DNA of 64,000 nt from a virus. Shown here piece by piece: positions 1 through 13,802 of this stretch. The notes beneath the pieces were generated by a model. It did no database searches. It worked only from the letters and a program-made list of their open reading frames with translations, and was not told the origin of the DNA. The translations under genes and the position numbers were made by a program. The stretch's first letter is position 1; the number at the start of each line of letters is the position of its first letter. Location: positions 1-64,000 of IMG/VR virus record IMGVR_UViG_3300045125_000034; one strand, given 5' to 3'.

Positions 1-88
1 AACGTACTTCGTTCAGTATCAGTTGCAGGTGTTTAACCGTTTTCGCATTTATCGTGAAACGCTTTCGCGTTTTTCGTGCGCCACTTCA
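1..88 (+). other. Oxford Nanopore rapid adapter / MuA transposon-end sequence (technical, not biological)
   Basis: GTACTTCGTTCAG leader followed by GGTGTTTAACCGTTTTCGCATTTATCGTGAAACGCTTTCGCGTTTTTCGTGCGCC-CTTCA, the ONT rapid-kit Mu end. Confidence 0.95.
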
Positions 89-849
89 CTTATAAATCAC
101 GGCTATGCCTCAATATCAGAGGCATCTAATTCTTTGGGAACATTCTTGTACGGTTCAACTATAACTGGAACCCGGGTACTATGCTCCGTGCATCAGCATT
201 AAACCCGTTGGTATTAGCGTTGGTTGGGTATCAGGTAGTACCTAATATTGTTAAGACCGCATTCATATCACCAATCTTCAACTCTATGATTGGAGACTTG
301 AGTCTAGACAATACAGATTTCTACTTCATTCCACCAGAAATCTATAAACTCGACGGATACAAATAAGTGGGAAGCAACTTGAACCAATCGACAAGACATT
401 TACCAAAAAATTCTGTTATGGTTGACTTCAGCGAAGATTCTTCAGGCTTCGTCCACTTTGGTGAGTTTTAAATGCTTGGTTCTACGGGAAGGCGGTTTCT
501 AACATATGGAGGAATTGTTTCCAAAGCGAACAGGATCAAAATCATAAGACCGCCCACAGGAGCAAGATTGGGTCAGTAGAATTGACGGTAATATTATTGA
601 CAGCCGTCAAGGAAGCGTCCCAACAGTATATGTAACAGCCAACTATCCAGAAGGTAAATTGAGTTCTAATGGTGATTTGTCACTATTTGGACAATTCAGG
701 GGTGGTTGCATCTACTGCTTAAGAATCCTAACTCATACACCAAGAATGATATCATCTATGCAGTCAAGGATGATCGTTTTGGTCTACAACAAGAAGTGGG
801 CGATGTAGGAGAAGAAGTACAAGCCTATAAATCGGTAGTTGATATAAGG

Positions 850-876
850 CACCCCGCAGAAATGCGGGGTGTTTTG
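850..876 (+). terminator. Intrinsic terminator
   Basis: CACCCCGCA-gaaa-TGCGGGGTG-TTTT between convergent genes. Confidence 0.75.
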
Positions 877-979
877 GGGTCGTAGGTTCTTTTCAACCAC
901 GAGGTCGAAGAAGGAGACAGCACAGAAAACTTATCGCTACAGCGGCAACAACTATGAAGACAGGTAGGCTCATGGAATC

Positions 980-1373
980 TCGTACTTGGCTTGCTCTGTT
1001 GCGATAGCCGAGAACAGGTTGTCCACCGGCAAGCGAACCTTGAACCTTGTAGGCGTGGACATCTGCCCTAGCGAAGTAGGAAGAATGTGCAATAGCCGTG
1101 GGATTGGAACTGTGGACAGCAAGCTTGGTGTCCCAATTGATCTCTCCGTCCTCAATCATCTGCCGCAGAACCCGAACGAACGGGATGTGGTCATTGAACC
1201 TGTGCTTGGGCTCAACCCAAGTCGTGGTCAATGCAGATAAAGTCGTACTTCTTCATTTTAGCCAAGTCCACCGCGTCCTGCCATGTATACGCGGAATCTA
1301 TGGTGTGCTCCTTGTTGTTCGCCTGGAGACAACTGATGCCTCATGTGATCGTCATCTAGGACTAGGATGTTCA
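980..1373 (-). CDS. Cyclic-phosphate-processing receiver-domain protein (frameshifted)
   Basis: Reconstructed MNILVLDD...YDFICIDHDLG...VHSSNP motifs; own sigma70-like promoter at 1381-1408 (-). Confidence 0.6.
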
Positions 1374-2136
1374 TACCCCAATTATAGTCAGGAAACTACC
1401 CCTGTCAAGCCCCACTTTTGCTAAAATACTAATGTTCTTACGGAGGAGTGTCGTGTGAGCAAACTTCCAAAAAGGCGTTGGTTTGTGCTTGCTCGTTTCT
1501 TGTGGGTATTATCATAGCCCGAGCGATTGGCTTCTGACTTGACCTACTGCATAATGGTGGTATAATACCCGGCGTGAGCAAAACCCAGATAAAGCCCGAG
1601 GACTACGAGAGCCTCGCACATTATCGTGCATGACCACATTTTAGTGGCGGGCGATGAGAAGATCACCATCTTCCTGATGAACCTCATGGAGTCATACAGG
1701 AAAGGGTGAGGATTTGGATCGTTACTTGTGGACTGAAGAAGAGAATCTTCTCTGCCAATCAAGCCCGACGAGAAGAAAGCATCGTAATCCTCTCTTGGCA
1801 GCAGGTGATGCCATGAGCGCCTTTGACTCAGCGATAGCCTTGAGTTTGTAGGAGAGGATAGGAAGAGATTTACCCTCTTGCGGTAGGAACAGATCAAGTA
1901 CTCCCTGTGCGTTGTGGGGAATCTGACTCGCCATCACTCTGCACATCCTCCATCGTTGACTTGGTGAATGCCGAGAGGCGAACCTACCGCGTAACCTTGA
2001 CATGCATTTCGGGGTCTTGAGGATTGCTACTGAAATCCAAGTAGCCGAGGGCTTCGGTAGGAACCTTGGGTAAACCTTGCCGTTGCCGAGACTGTTCTTA
2101 GAGTTAGCGGTAACTGTTCATTGTTATCCTCCTGTC

Positions 2137-2148
2137 TATTTATAAATA
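2137..2148. promoter_or_regulatory. Bidirectional T4-late-like promoter (palindrome TATTTATAAATA)
   Basis: TATAAATA on both strands, between divergent starts at ~2121 (-, with AGGAGG RBS) and 2154 (+). Confidence 0.6.
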
Positions 2149-2153
2149 CTCTT

Positions 2154-3420
2154 ATGGAACCGATTCTAGACTTAGACGAGTGGCTGCTCTTTGAGCGGCT
2201 TGGTATGATAGGGCAAATGAAGATGCCGCTATCAAGTCATTTGAGAAGTTCAAGAAGAGTGTTAAAGGGTTATGTTTGACAACAGAAGGTCTTGGATATG
2301 GTCTACCTTGATAAGACAGACACAGTTCTAACGACATCTACAACATTCCAAAGACAGTTGTGGTCTGCATTCAAGACTGCCTTCCGCCATTATACAAGTC
2401 AGAACCTACTTCGGTTTGCCTTGTTGGGTGGCGGCAAGCCGGATGACACCGTGCTAACCTTTCAAGCAGACAAGATGGGTTCGGTGAAGTCCTGGGTTTG
2501 AAGTATACCCAGTTTCGTAAACCACCCAAGAGATCAGAAGTTGAATGTCAAGTTGACGAGTGCGAGCACCGTTTAAATATCGGCGGTCAGTACAACCTGT
2601 TCCATATGGCTACCTCGCTTGACCATCATAAACCAAACCGAAATCTGCAACATGCTTCAGGAGTGTTATAGGACCTACGCTCCCAAAGGTCAAAGAGTGG
2701 ACAACAAGGCTTCCCGCATCTACAACAAGTGGCTAGACGAACTGATGTCGCAGATTGAGTCCAAGCGTAGCATTTACATTCACGAATATACACACCATCT
2801 TGACCAAATGCGTTACAAAGGTAGCAGCTGGGACAGAGACCTAAAGGTATTGAGAGGCATATCTGCGTTTGCTGCCGCCCAGAATGCCGAACTAACAGCA
2901 AGTCAGACTGCAAAGCCATGCGGAGGTACTTCACCGACGATGCCGAGTTGAATGCATACTATCAAGAGACTATGGGCAATCTTCAAGACGCGGTGCAGAA
3001 GTGGTTGATTGCAGCGACTAACACAAGAGCCTTGACGATCTTGGTTGACGGTAAGACAATGACTCCTCACGATGCGCCGATCACAATGGATGAGTTTGAC
3101 AAGAAGTCCGTGAAGGAGCGTTGCCGACTGATATCAAGAGTGGAGTGCTTGCCGATTTCAACAGAATACTTCGTACTGTAACCCACGGCATGGATAGCAT
3201 AGTTTTAGAATCACGGGCGATCTCAAGGTGGTCTACGATGCCAACTTCGGAAGCGTGTCTGACATCTACATGAAGTTGGTCACCAAGACTCTGTTTGCAT
3301 ATGCCAGCTCATCGTGGATCATGGCTGTATTTCAGCAACTTCCCGACTCAAGCGTAAATTCATGAACCGCCTTTACTCAACGAGTCAAGATATCAAGGAT
3401 ATAGTCAAGGACTTCTGAGA
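2154..3420 (+). CDS. Hypothetical late protein (frameshifted)
   Basis: Starts MEPILDLDEWLLFE just after TATAAATA; ORF fragments 2292-3181 chain together. Confidence 0.45.
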
Positions 3421-6400
3421 CCGACATGGCAAACGGAAAGTCCCCAAGCATTCAGGGGAGTTCAACACCGCAATTGAAAAAATGCGTAGTAGCAAAACGC
3501 CCGGGTGTTCATGGATTCCTTTATTCAGGGTTTATTCATGAAATACAGCAAGCACTTTGACCCAAAGTACTATCGCATAAAAGACGCTTGACTTACTTGG
3601 CGGGTGTGGTATACTTTACGAAATGGTATCCGAGATACCGCTATTACCTGATGGCTGCCAAGACATGGAATCTCTGTGTCTGTGGACTATTGCTAAAGCA
3701 ACTAAGCTGAAACCGCGTATCATAAACGAACTGCGTAGGCACAAGTGGTGGGTACTTCAAGATTTTTCCAAGGGCAGGATACCCCTGTGGTCCTATGCTC
3801 TGTTTTTGGAGTTGGTTTGGACACCCCCACAGTACTTCGTAACACAACCGCTGTAGTCTGTTGGTCACCCAAGCCTTATGGGTGGTCTCTGTGGAACGCA
3901 TCATGCGTAAGATAGGAAGAAGGATTATCCACGAATCGGAGATGTTGTCTCTGTAATTTCGGGAGGGCAAGCTGGTTTGAAGTCAAGCGGGCTGTTCCTA
4001 TATCTCTGCGGCAGAGAGTCGCGTATGTTGTGGAATTCAATGACCAATCAAGGGTGGACTCTTATTGCACAGGGCGAATGTAGAACGGGGATGGAGGTTC
4101 CACAGTAGATCGTTGGGTTCTCCACAATGGCGGGGATCAATGGATTGACTTCAGCAATAATCGTCGAGGATCCGTTCTACCGTCTGCATTCAAACATCCA
4201 ATGTCAAGAGGATGGATCTGTTGAATTCAGGCATATTGTTTGACGAGTCGGTAGGTCTGAACACAGTTATTGTTCCAGGTCGAACGAGCAAGACAGGCTT
4301 GGGCAGAGTTAATAGACCAAGGTTTTATGAGGTTGGCAATAATGGCTAGAATCAATGAATCAAATGGACGATTTGAAGCCCGCGATAGTGGTGCTGTGTT
4401 TGAGATTGAACACGATCAGGAAAGCAACTACCTGTGCTTGTGGGGGCAGAACTATGTGTATCTTGACAAAGCCCAAGCAGGCAGGCTGTATGATTGGCTG
4501 AAGAAGAACCCTCGACGCATGAACACTTACAAGAAGGTCCGTGATCGGAATAGATAAAGACAAGGAGTAACACATGGCAAAGAAAGAAAAACACACGCAA
4601 GAAGACCAAGTTGAGCAAGACTACCAAGAACTACATCAGAGGCAAGTTCAACAAGGGAACTCCATATGAAGTGGAGTTTATGTACATCAAGCCCAATCTA
4701 GTTCAGGGTGGTCTGGTGGTTTTGGCGAATGACTTGTAGGTCTGCTCCAAGAAGGTCCAGAGCCTGATTTGGAAGTGATGCTCAAGGTGCACGGTAAAGA
4801 ATCCTGCGATACTGAAACCAGCCAAGCACACCGCTTGTGGTGGAAGGTGTGGGTACTACAACCGTGGAAGAGATGACCAATCGCATCTCTCAAATCTTAG
4901 CGACCATCGCCAATGGGATGCAGACAGGCGACGATGATGCGGTTCTGTATCTGCAAAAGTCAATGAAGTAAGGGTTCCAGAACTCTTCCAAGTTGGTTGA
5001 AGGACTGAACGCAGCAGAGGCTCAAAACTAGTATGTGAATGCGAGGAGACCAATATGACACCAACAGAATGCCCGAGTCCCTTTATGTTACTGATACTTT
5101 TGAAGCGTACGCACGCGAAAATGTTGTAGGAGAACCGATGGATGATCGCTATTGAGATCGCCCTAAGAACGATAAGTGCGATCCGAAACAGCCGTAATGT
5201 TTTTCGGAATACAAAATCGCTCAAACTAACCATATGGCTAATGAATGCCTCTCGTTGGGTTTCTGAAAGGAGACACAAAAATTGGGTTGAAGAAACAAAA
5301 AGACAATTAAACACCAAAAGAGAATGAAGAGACAAAATGCAGCTCCCTGAAATACCACAAGACGATGCATTTCAAGGCACAGGTATGTGCGAAAGGCGTT
5401 GGCAGAAACTTATGGATGATGCCGAGTTGGAGTTGACCCCGGCGAAATGCGAGCGGGTTGGCATTAATTACTAACGCATTTGACGGGCACCTTGTTCATC
5501 GCACTTGGGAAGAAGCGAAGCATTGTGACTGCATCCCAAAGTGAATGGATGACGAAGGTATGGGGCAGCAAATGCCCCACGACTACGAACCGACCTGCTG
5601 CTTATGCAGGGCGTGGGTTATCTTTGAAACTACAGGTATGGTTCCCAATGAGGAACAGGTGGTTCGGTACATACACCAAACCTGTGGCTGTGACTTCTTC
5701 CACTCTCCCATCCTCAAAGAGATGAGAGACTATTGGTCACGGGCAGCCAGCGGTCAAGAACTCGTAACGACAGGACTTCCACCGCTTACACAATCGGCGG
5801 GGATGATCTCGTCGGACTTCTTACTCCACGACTTGATCCGCTGATATTCGGGACCGCGTGGGGCATGCTAAGGCTTCTTCGCCTTCTTCTTCATTCCATC
5901 AGTATAGCCGTATGCCACAGAAAGTCAATAGCATTTTTTGAATTTTCCTCTTGACGCGGCTAAACCAAGTGGTATGTCGCAGGTATGCAGTTTGCCTACA
6001 CGATCTATTATCAAGCACCCACACAAGTTGGTGTACAAGATCGTTTCAGAGCAACTACAAGAACCTCTTCTACTTTTTGGTACCGACAAGACCATTCCTG
6101 ATGAATGGACCCGTGCCGAGCTAGAAAGATATGGGATGTCCTGATTGCCCGGCTATACTTTATGACGGGGCAGAAACCCATTCAAATGACTACGCTAACA
6201 TTTGACAAACTCAAGTCGCGTGGTATACTTGAACAAATGGACCATGACAATCAAACGAGACATTGTTGACAGCCCATTTGGTCGTGGTGACAGACATACG
6301 CGGGCTGCGGAGGTAGTGAATCCTGGGTCACCGTCAGCTGATGCAGAGCGTATGAGGCATCTACTACAGCAACGAATACAAAGACGATGAGACCCACTTT

Positions 6401-6611
6401 CGCAAGATGGGTCACCGTCTGAACGAAGGACTTTCCGGAGGCAAACTACCTAACTACTACTGAGGACACCATGATTTACTTTGAGAGCAACGACAACCAC
6501 CGAACACTGTTGGACCATGCGAAATGAATGAGTTCTTGCGGGAGATGGAACCCGCTTGATTTCTCTGACAGCGAGTTGGAGATGTGGGTTGAGTACTGAA
6601 GTTGAACATTC

Positions 6612-7112
6612 TTGAGGTTGTGTGGGACGGAAGGCTCACCCAACTATCGTCTGACCCCATACGGTAGAATCATTCCGTCATGGGGAAGTGACCATGACAC
6701 AGGACGATGTGTACGAAGGCTGGAAGAAGCGTTTCCCTCTGTGTTTCAAGAAGGAGGCGCTGTTGCATGGTCTACGGTCTACGCTTTGAGTCCGGGATGG
6801 AGACGAGAATCGTTGAGAAGGCGATTGACGAAGATTGAAGCCCATCTTGCAGCAGTGCCGCAAGATGACGAGCAGACCTTTCAGATAGACCAAATGAAGG
6901 AGAAGTTCGGCGTTCTGCGTTGGTACGCTACAGCCTACGACGATGTGATCCCAAGTTTTATTGTTGAAGCCGAGAATGAGTCGGAGAAGACTTGCATCAT
7001 GTGTGGTAACGCAGGGTCTATGCACAAGAAGGGCAGCGGCGGTCTTTGGCTACTCACGCTATGCCCCGAGTGTGCAAAGAAGCATGAATATGTGAAGGAG
7101 AACAGAAAATGA
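6612..7112 (+). CDS. Conserved phage hypothetical protein with C-terminal Zn ribbon
   Basis: QMKEKFGVLRWY...SEKTCIMCG...LCPEC. Confidence 0.55.
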   Translation: MRLCGTEGSPNYRLTPYGRIIPSWGSDHDTGRCVRRLEEAFPSVFQEGGAVAWSTVYALSPGWRRESLRRRLTKIEAHLAAVPQDDEQTFQIDQMKEKFGVLRWYATAYDDVIPSFIVEAENESEKTCIMCGNAGSMHKKGSGGLWLLTLCPECAKKHEYVKENRK

Positions 7113-10100
7113 GTGACGATCCACTTAGCAGATGTGCAGGAGAGAATGAATATCTGAAGTATCAGTTGGATGCTGCCCGTCGTGAGATTTGCATGATGGC
7201 ATCCGGCAAGGGAGGCGGGAGTTCTGGCGTTTCGCCCGATGCGATTGAATATGACGAAGCCGTGGTTGGTTTTGCTTCGGTGGCGGTGACATTGAACCAC
7301 ATCTATGATGTGAAAGCAGTTGAAGACCGAGAGAGATGTTGCTCGCAGGCTGCTGTGCAGCGAGATTTGGATGCAGCGTCGTTATGCTCGTAACGATATG
7401 ACCTTGCACTCCCGAAGAAATAGCCGAGGGAATACGGGTGGGATTGCTTCGGTGAGGAGTGGAGAGCAGGCTCAGGCGGCTATGGATCGGTTGGCAGAGA
7501 TTGACCGCATCATTGGGTTGGAATAGCTAAAACGGACCTATGACTTCCCTAAAGTATCGGTTATACTTGGGTGTGGCAACGAGAAAAAAGACCAAGAAGA
7601 CCCCAAGCAAGACCCCCGATATCGTGCAGGAGTTGCGTGAAGCGCGCTGCATGGTGGAGTGGCAAGCAGGGCCGTTGAATGGTTGCTTGACCGAGCCGCG
7701 AAGGAGATTGAAAGCCTTCGTGAAGAAGTCAAGGGACTTGAAGTGCCGCGAGGAAGTTTAGGCCCGTAAAGCTGGCGAGGAGAAGACTAAATGGAAAACG
7801 CCGCAAAGACACGGGTCGAAACCCTGACCGAGGAACATGAGTCGTACCATGAGGCTAACGAGGACTTGCTTTTTGAGAACACCTCCTTCGATTTGACTGT
7901 TGAAGACGCGGTTGGTCTTCGTGATGAATTGACTGAGCGTATTCATATGTGTGATGTGCGTTCTGAAAGATTCTTGAACTCACCGCCGAAGCGACGAAGC
8001 AGTAGCGGAGATCAATCGGCTCCAAGCAGTAGTTGAGTCATACAGCACGGTGGAGCAGGTGATTTTGGGGATGGCGAGGGGCGAGCGAGATGAGTTGAGG
8101 CGGGAAATTTGCGGCGCGAATCTGAGCGTGGCGTAAAGACTCGGAGGAAGCCGCCGAAGAGCGACTATGGGATTGTTACAAAAAGGGGGCTTGGCAACCC
8201 CAAACCGTCGCTATACTGAAGGGGTAAGAAAGGACAAGAAGCCAATGACCCAAACCAAGAACCTGAACGAATACGAGTTCCTGACCTTCAAGACCGACCG
8301 CCGCACGAAAGGGCGAGAAGTTGGTGAGCCGCTACACGATGGAGTTTCCGACTCCCGAGCACAGACCTACTTTGAGGGTCTGCCCAACAAGCCTCAGCAC
8401 CGCAGAAGTACCACACTAGGTGGGTGGCTCGCAAGAACCTGATGAGTGGCGAGACCTTCTACGGGCTTGGGACACCCCGGCTTCTGCTCTCCGAGTTCGA
8501 AACCTATTGGAGCATGTGAGTGTCCGAAAGGGGATATACTCACAACTATCCACAGAGGAATACGAGATCGTGACCACTTCGCACCCATCGTATCTTCCAA
8601 AGTCCATGATCTTCTCTGTTCCAGAAGACCTGCACCGATGGCACTCACGCTGACTGGTGCGATTCGTCGCCATCAGTGATGATATTGGTATGTGTGGATC
8701 TGTCCATTGATGCGGATAAGCCGGAGAGTGCAGGGATTGGGGTGGAGGCACAAGCGAGTGTTTGAGGCGAATTCCTTGGAGAACTTCGTTGTCCCTACGC
8801 TGGGAGATTTGGGAATGCCTGATTGCTGATGATGGTCGGAAGCAGGTGTTGCCATGAGTACACCAAGACTAAAACTCATCGTGTTTCGCAGAAGGCAGGG
8901 TCAGGTTGAAAGCAGCATTTTGTCACCCGCCACACCGCTTGGCATTGGTTGGGCGAACGAGACCTTCTGCTATTGTGCAGCACTAGCACACTTCGGCAAC
9001 CGTCCCGAAACCGAAGTCTTTCCTGTGTCAATTGCGAACGGGGAGATGATCGCATCCAAGTCTATGGAGACCAGCGCACAATGCTATTGAGCATGAAGTC
9101 TACATGGCTGCTCTAGCATTTGACGGGACATTTGACAAGGATCCAACAGGTGATTAAGAGCATTCCAACATCAGACCTCATCCAGCTGGCTGGAGTCCGT
9201 CCTTTGGGACGAACGCGCCCGCTGTCATCTCCCGAGAATAAACACCAGTCTCGTAGTCAGGGACTATTGGGAGTTTGAGCGGGTTGACACTCCCGCAGGA
9301 ATCAGGGTTTGGGTTGAGAACAGGAGCGACATCTCTGTGTTTATTCCAACCATTCACAAGGACTACCCCCACCGAGATCAATACCGCCGTGGAGTACAAC
9401 GAGAAGAAAGCACGGATTCTTTGGGACTTTCTTGTTGGAGAGGGATACGACAGACAATGACCTACTTCTCAGCCCTGCCCCGTGCCGATAGTTGCACTCG
9501 TCACTTCCTTAGATTCGTGTGCGGCAAAGACCGTGCGGGATTTGTAATGTTTGAATGCCGTCGAGGCTCCGAATCAGGTATGGATACACAACGCTGCCGA
9601 TAAGACATTGTTAATGCTTAGCGCGACCGTCGCTCTAACCGAGACATTCTAATCCATCAGGACAAGTGCAAGATGGTTGGAACGGAGGACGCTAGGAGAG
9701 TGTGGAACGACCTCTGCAATCCTGCATGGGCTTCACCTCAAATGTATCACGCTCTCACGATGGAGATTTGAAATAGGGCTTCAGGTCTAGCATGACCACG
9801 GTTGGATTTACACCGTGCATGAACGCTATGTCCATGCGAGTGTTTCCCGACATGATCTGCATACCGCCATCGGGCAACTTGACCACGATAGGCATATCCA
9901 CAGGCAAGCCCTTTTGAATCCTATCTGACAGAGCCTTGAGCGTGTCCTCGTTCTAAACTTGGGATACGAGCGATATCCCGAGATCAAACCAAGCAGGCTC
10001 TTCATGTTCTTGGTACGGCTGCGGTTTCCAATTTTCTGTCCATCGCCGCGTCTACAACTACCGTAGGCGATTTTCACAGCTACTACGAAGTCCTTCTCTG

Positions 10101-10779
10101 TAGGGAAGATGTCTTTACCTCAACCGTGGCTTGAGATGCTTCCGTGATATTCAACCTTGTACTCTTGGCTTATGTTGACATCCGAGGGGCGAACCCGATT
10201 CCACCCTTGGCTTCCGAGAGCATTTCAAGAATGTCTTCGTAGGTCTTCATTTGCCCGTCAACTGATCTATCGCTTGCTCAAATGGCGGTGGCATACGGCA
10301 TCTTTCCACATCTTTGCTTCCCAAGACGAACCGAAGGGACCGCCCACAGCATTTTCCAATGCCAATTCAAAGATGACTAGGGTGCATTCAATCTTATCTT
10401 GAGACAACCGCATCTTCAGACTCTTTACCTACACCACCATTTGTAACAAAATGGCGATTCGTCCTGACACTTCGGGGTTTAGGAATCGGTCTTCAGCAGG
10501 AACATCCACTTCCAAGATCACAGGAACTCTACCTTTGAACTTGGCTCTTTCGGGGAATACCTGCAGACTAGAGATCAGCCTCAGGGAGCCACCTATGCCG
10601 CCCTTTGAAAACTTCTTGGCAATTTCAAGGCTAGATGTCCCACGATTGCATTTCCATTTTGCTCTTGTACATGCCCGTAGCAACAAGAGCGGGTTGACCT
10701 TTGTAGGGGATGTGCTTCCACTTATGTTCTGATATCATTCCAATCCATACTTTTTACCACGAAACAGAGAGGACCACTA

Positions 10780-11212
10780 CCGCCCTTTGCCCAATCGGCT
10801 AGATCGGGAGCGACTTTGGATTTTCATAAATTTCCTGACAAACGGGCTTTTGCTACGACCCAGTGTAATTATCTCCCAAAGCCTTGTGAAAAGCATTGTG
10901 CATATCATCCACCATTTCTACGAACTTATCGTAGTTTTCAGACCATTTGAGATTTTTTCCCGTAGGCATCCACCCATTTTCTCATGCTCACGGGTGATGG
11001 TCCGAACCTGTCAAAAAACAACTTGAAGGCTTTCATGAACAGATTGAAGTCCTTGAGTCCGAACAGAGTACGAAAGTCAATCCGCTTGACTTCGGGAACA
11101 CCATCGAATTCTTCTTACCCCCGTTGAGTTTCAGGAGCATGGTCTCGTATTCCACGGGCATGGTCTTGCTGCTCTTCTTGGCTTCGTCTAGGAATTCGTT
11201 GAATGAATGCAT
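10780..11212 (-). CDS. Putative internal head protein (capsid-targeting-like N-terminus); 3' end uncertain
   Basis: MHSFNEFLDE start, preceded by CTAAATA on the - strand (11218-11224). Confidence 0.5.
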
Positions 11213-12309
11213 AAGGATATTTAGGAAATGGGTTTGGCGGGAATAAGCCGTATCGAAATCAGCAAAGCATATAAATAAGTACAAATGCCAAGACAAACCC
11301 AACTATCCCCGCCAACGAGATTTGTTCCAGTATTTCATAGTTCCGATGTTCTTGGGGGCGGCTACAACTTGCAGAAATATTAGTCCTCGACAGAAGACCT
11401 AGATTCATTGCCGGTCCCGGTGGTGGCAGCGGTGGCGGGTTAGAAGTGACGGCATGCGAAAAGGCAGCAAGAGAACGATGCGGAATATCTTAAAATTCTC
11501 AATGATGCTTTAATGCGAGCCAATGAGGCAAGAATAGCGGCGTATGAAGAACTTTTCATTAGATTCTTGTTGGAGATATGCTGGCTTGGATATCGCTCAA
11601 GATATATGGGGTCTCATACAGGGAATAATTAACGAAATTTGGGCGGAAACACACGGGTATGCTCTCGCTGCTTTGGGTGTGGGAGGATTTACGGGAGGGT
11701 GGGATCCATTAAGAGATTACAGAAATTCGCCCTACCCCCGAAGATATTCCCGATCATGTGCGAGGCAGTCCTTGATGGGACGAACCACCAACGGGAATAG
11801 GAGATGATATCCCTGATCTCCCCGATGGAGTCCCACCGACCCCAAACCAACAAAACCACCTCAAGCACCACAAGACCCGAAAAAACTTGGGCAATGGTTG
11901 AAGAGAGGACTGGAGAAAGATTGTAGGCAAGGTTCCTGTAAAAGAATCTTTTGAAATAATCCTAAAGGTATTAAAAAAACTCGCACCTTGACTGGTTGGT
12001 TGCTGCTATAGTTGCTGCTTTCATCTATGAAGCACTCAGTTGGAAGAAGTTTTCGCAAGAGAGTTTGCGAGAATTCAATCAGATAAAAACAAGTTGGAAG
12101 AATGGCTAAGGCAGCAGTTGGCGTGTTGCAGAAGATCCAGGACTGTAATTCTAATGGTTCTAAGTGTCTCGCGCCATTCACCCCGGATTACCTGTTGAAC
12201 AATGGGAACAACCCGATGACGGTTGCCCAATGAATACCTGAGTTCGCCCTCAAAGAACTTGCACAATTTAGTGTGTGTGGTATACTGTCCATATTATGGA
12301 GAGCGACTA

Positions 12310-12984
12310 ATGGGAACCAATAATCACCGAGGGAAAGACTTTGGTATACAGGGTGGGTATCAATGATGTTGATGCCCCGACATGGTGGTGGGAAAATGGG
12401 AAAAGGGTTCTCTGCCCCGTTATAGTTGTTGGAAAAGTATGCTTGGACGGTGTTATATCATTGAAGAAAAAACAAGGCGTCCCTGTTACGATGGAGTCCC
12501 AGTTCATCCTGTTTGGCATCGTCTTTCAAGATTTATAGAATGGCTGAACACACAACCACAAACGAAGCTGGCGAGAACTTCAACTTGACAAAGACCTGTT
12601 GGTAAAGGGCAACAAGGTTTACGGTCCCGATACCTGTTGCTTTTTGACACACGCTGAGAATAATGTGTTTCGCCCACAAACTTCAAGTAAGTTAGGAAGC
12701 GTAAATAAAGGACAATAGGGGTTCACGAAAGAACCCTTGGAAGAGTCGGCTTATTGGTGCGTCAAAGTACAAAGTCTCATGCTGGCAAAACATGTTATGC
12801 GTTACTCCTCAACCAGAGAGGAAGCCGAGAGTTTGTAGCCATGCGGGAGTCCCTGACCCTCGTTATTGAAATTGCAAACGCCAATTCCCACCAGTTCATC
12901 CGCGATGCCATGTTCCCGATGGATAGACGATTGGAAGAAGGAATTGGTGCTGTTGGAGAAGCGGCTATTCAGGGCGACTGCTAA
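12310..12984 (+). CDS. HNH-family homing endonuclease-like protein (frameshifted)
   Basis: VGIND...YSCWKSMLGRCY...W..LSRFIEW...LDKDLLVKGNKVYGPDTCCF motif set typical of phage HNH endonucleases. Confidence 0.7.
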
Positions 12985-13768
12985 ACCTCAACTGCCGCTG
13001 TTTGAGTAAATGCCGTCCCTTGACTTTCTCAACCTGTATTGGGAGACCTGCGACTCTGTTAGCAGCATTCGCAAGAGTAGGCATTTTTGAAATTGGATGA
13101 CCTACTGACAGAACAGATATCAGGAGGTAGCCATCCGTGAGGATCCCATAGAGACCAAGTATAAGGGAACCAAGAGATGGGATATGCACTTTCCTGAGAA
13201 GAAGGTGGCTATCGAATACAAGACCTATCATCATTCAACAGTAAGGGAACAAGCGGGGGAGTTTGGGGAAGGGATTAGGTAACAGATTGGAAGAGGCAAT
13301 AGGTTCTGCCTTTGATCTCAAGAACAAAGATTCAAATTACAAATTGGGATATTTGATAGTCTTTGTGTTCAGGGATGAGAGTTCCAATTACGATACTGTG
13401 GTGAATAGGGCTATAGAGGTATTTGATAAATTGGTACGCGATGGGGTGTATGACTTCTTCTGCCCGCTGTTTACCGTGGGAAGGATAAGCATGGGGAACT
13501 GTCTGAGTTTACTCTTTCAATCGGTTTATTGGTGATATTGTGGCGGTCAGCCCACACATGCCCCACTTCCCCCACTAAAAACACATGGGGGAATAATACA
13601 ATTTTCGTTGTTCAAGTCTTGGCAGTAGGTAGGTCGCGTCGTCAAGGGCTAGTCAGGGGAATCCAAAAGATTCTACAAATTTTCTGTTGTCAAGGTCCGA
13701 CCGCAGATTATTTCAGATTTTTCCTGCCGCCTTTTTGTAGAAATCCCGCCAGAATTTTACCAAAGGGG

Positions 13769-13796
13769 TTGACACCGCCTAGCCATCGGTTATAAT
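13769..13796 (+). promoter_or_regulatory. Sigma70-like early promoter
   Basis: TTGACA-N16-TATAAT, 6 nt before ATG 13803. Confidence 0.8.
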
Positions 13797-13802
13797 TGAG
13801 GC

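Noticed and set aside
1-88. Mu-end sequence suggesting a transposable element
   Set aside because: Matches the ONT rapid adapter at the read start; technical
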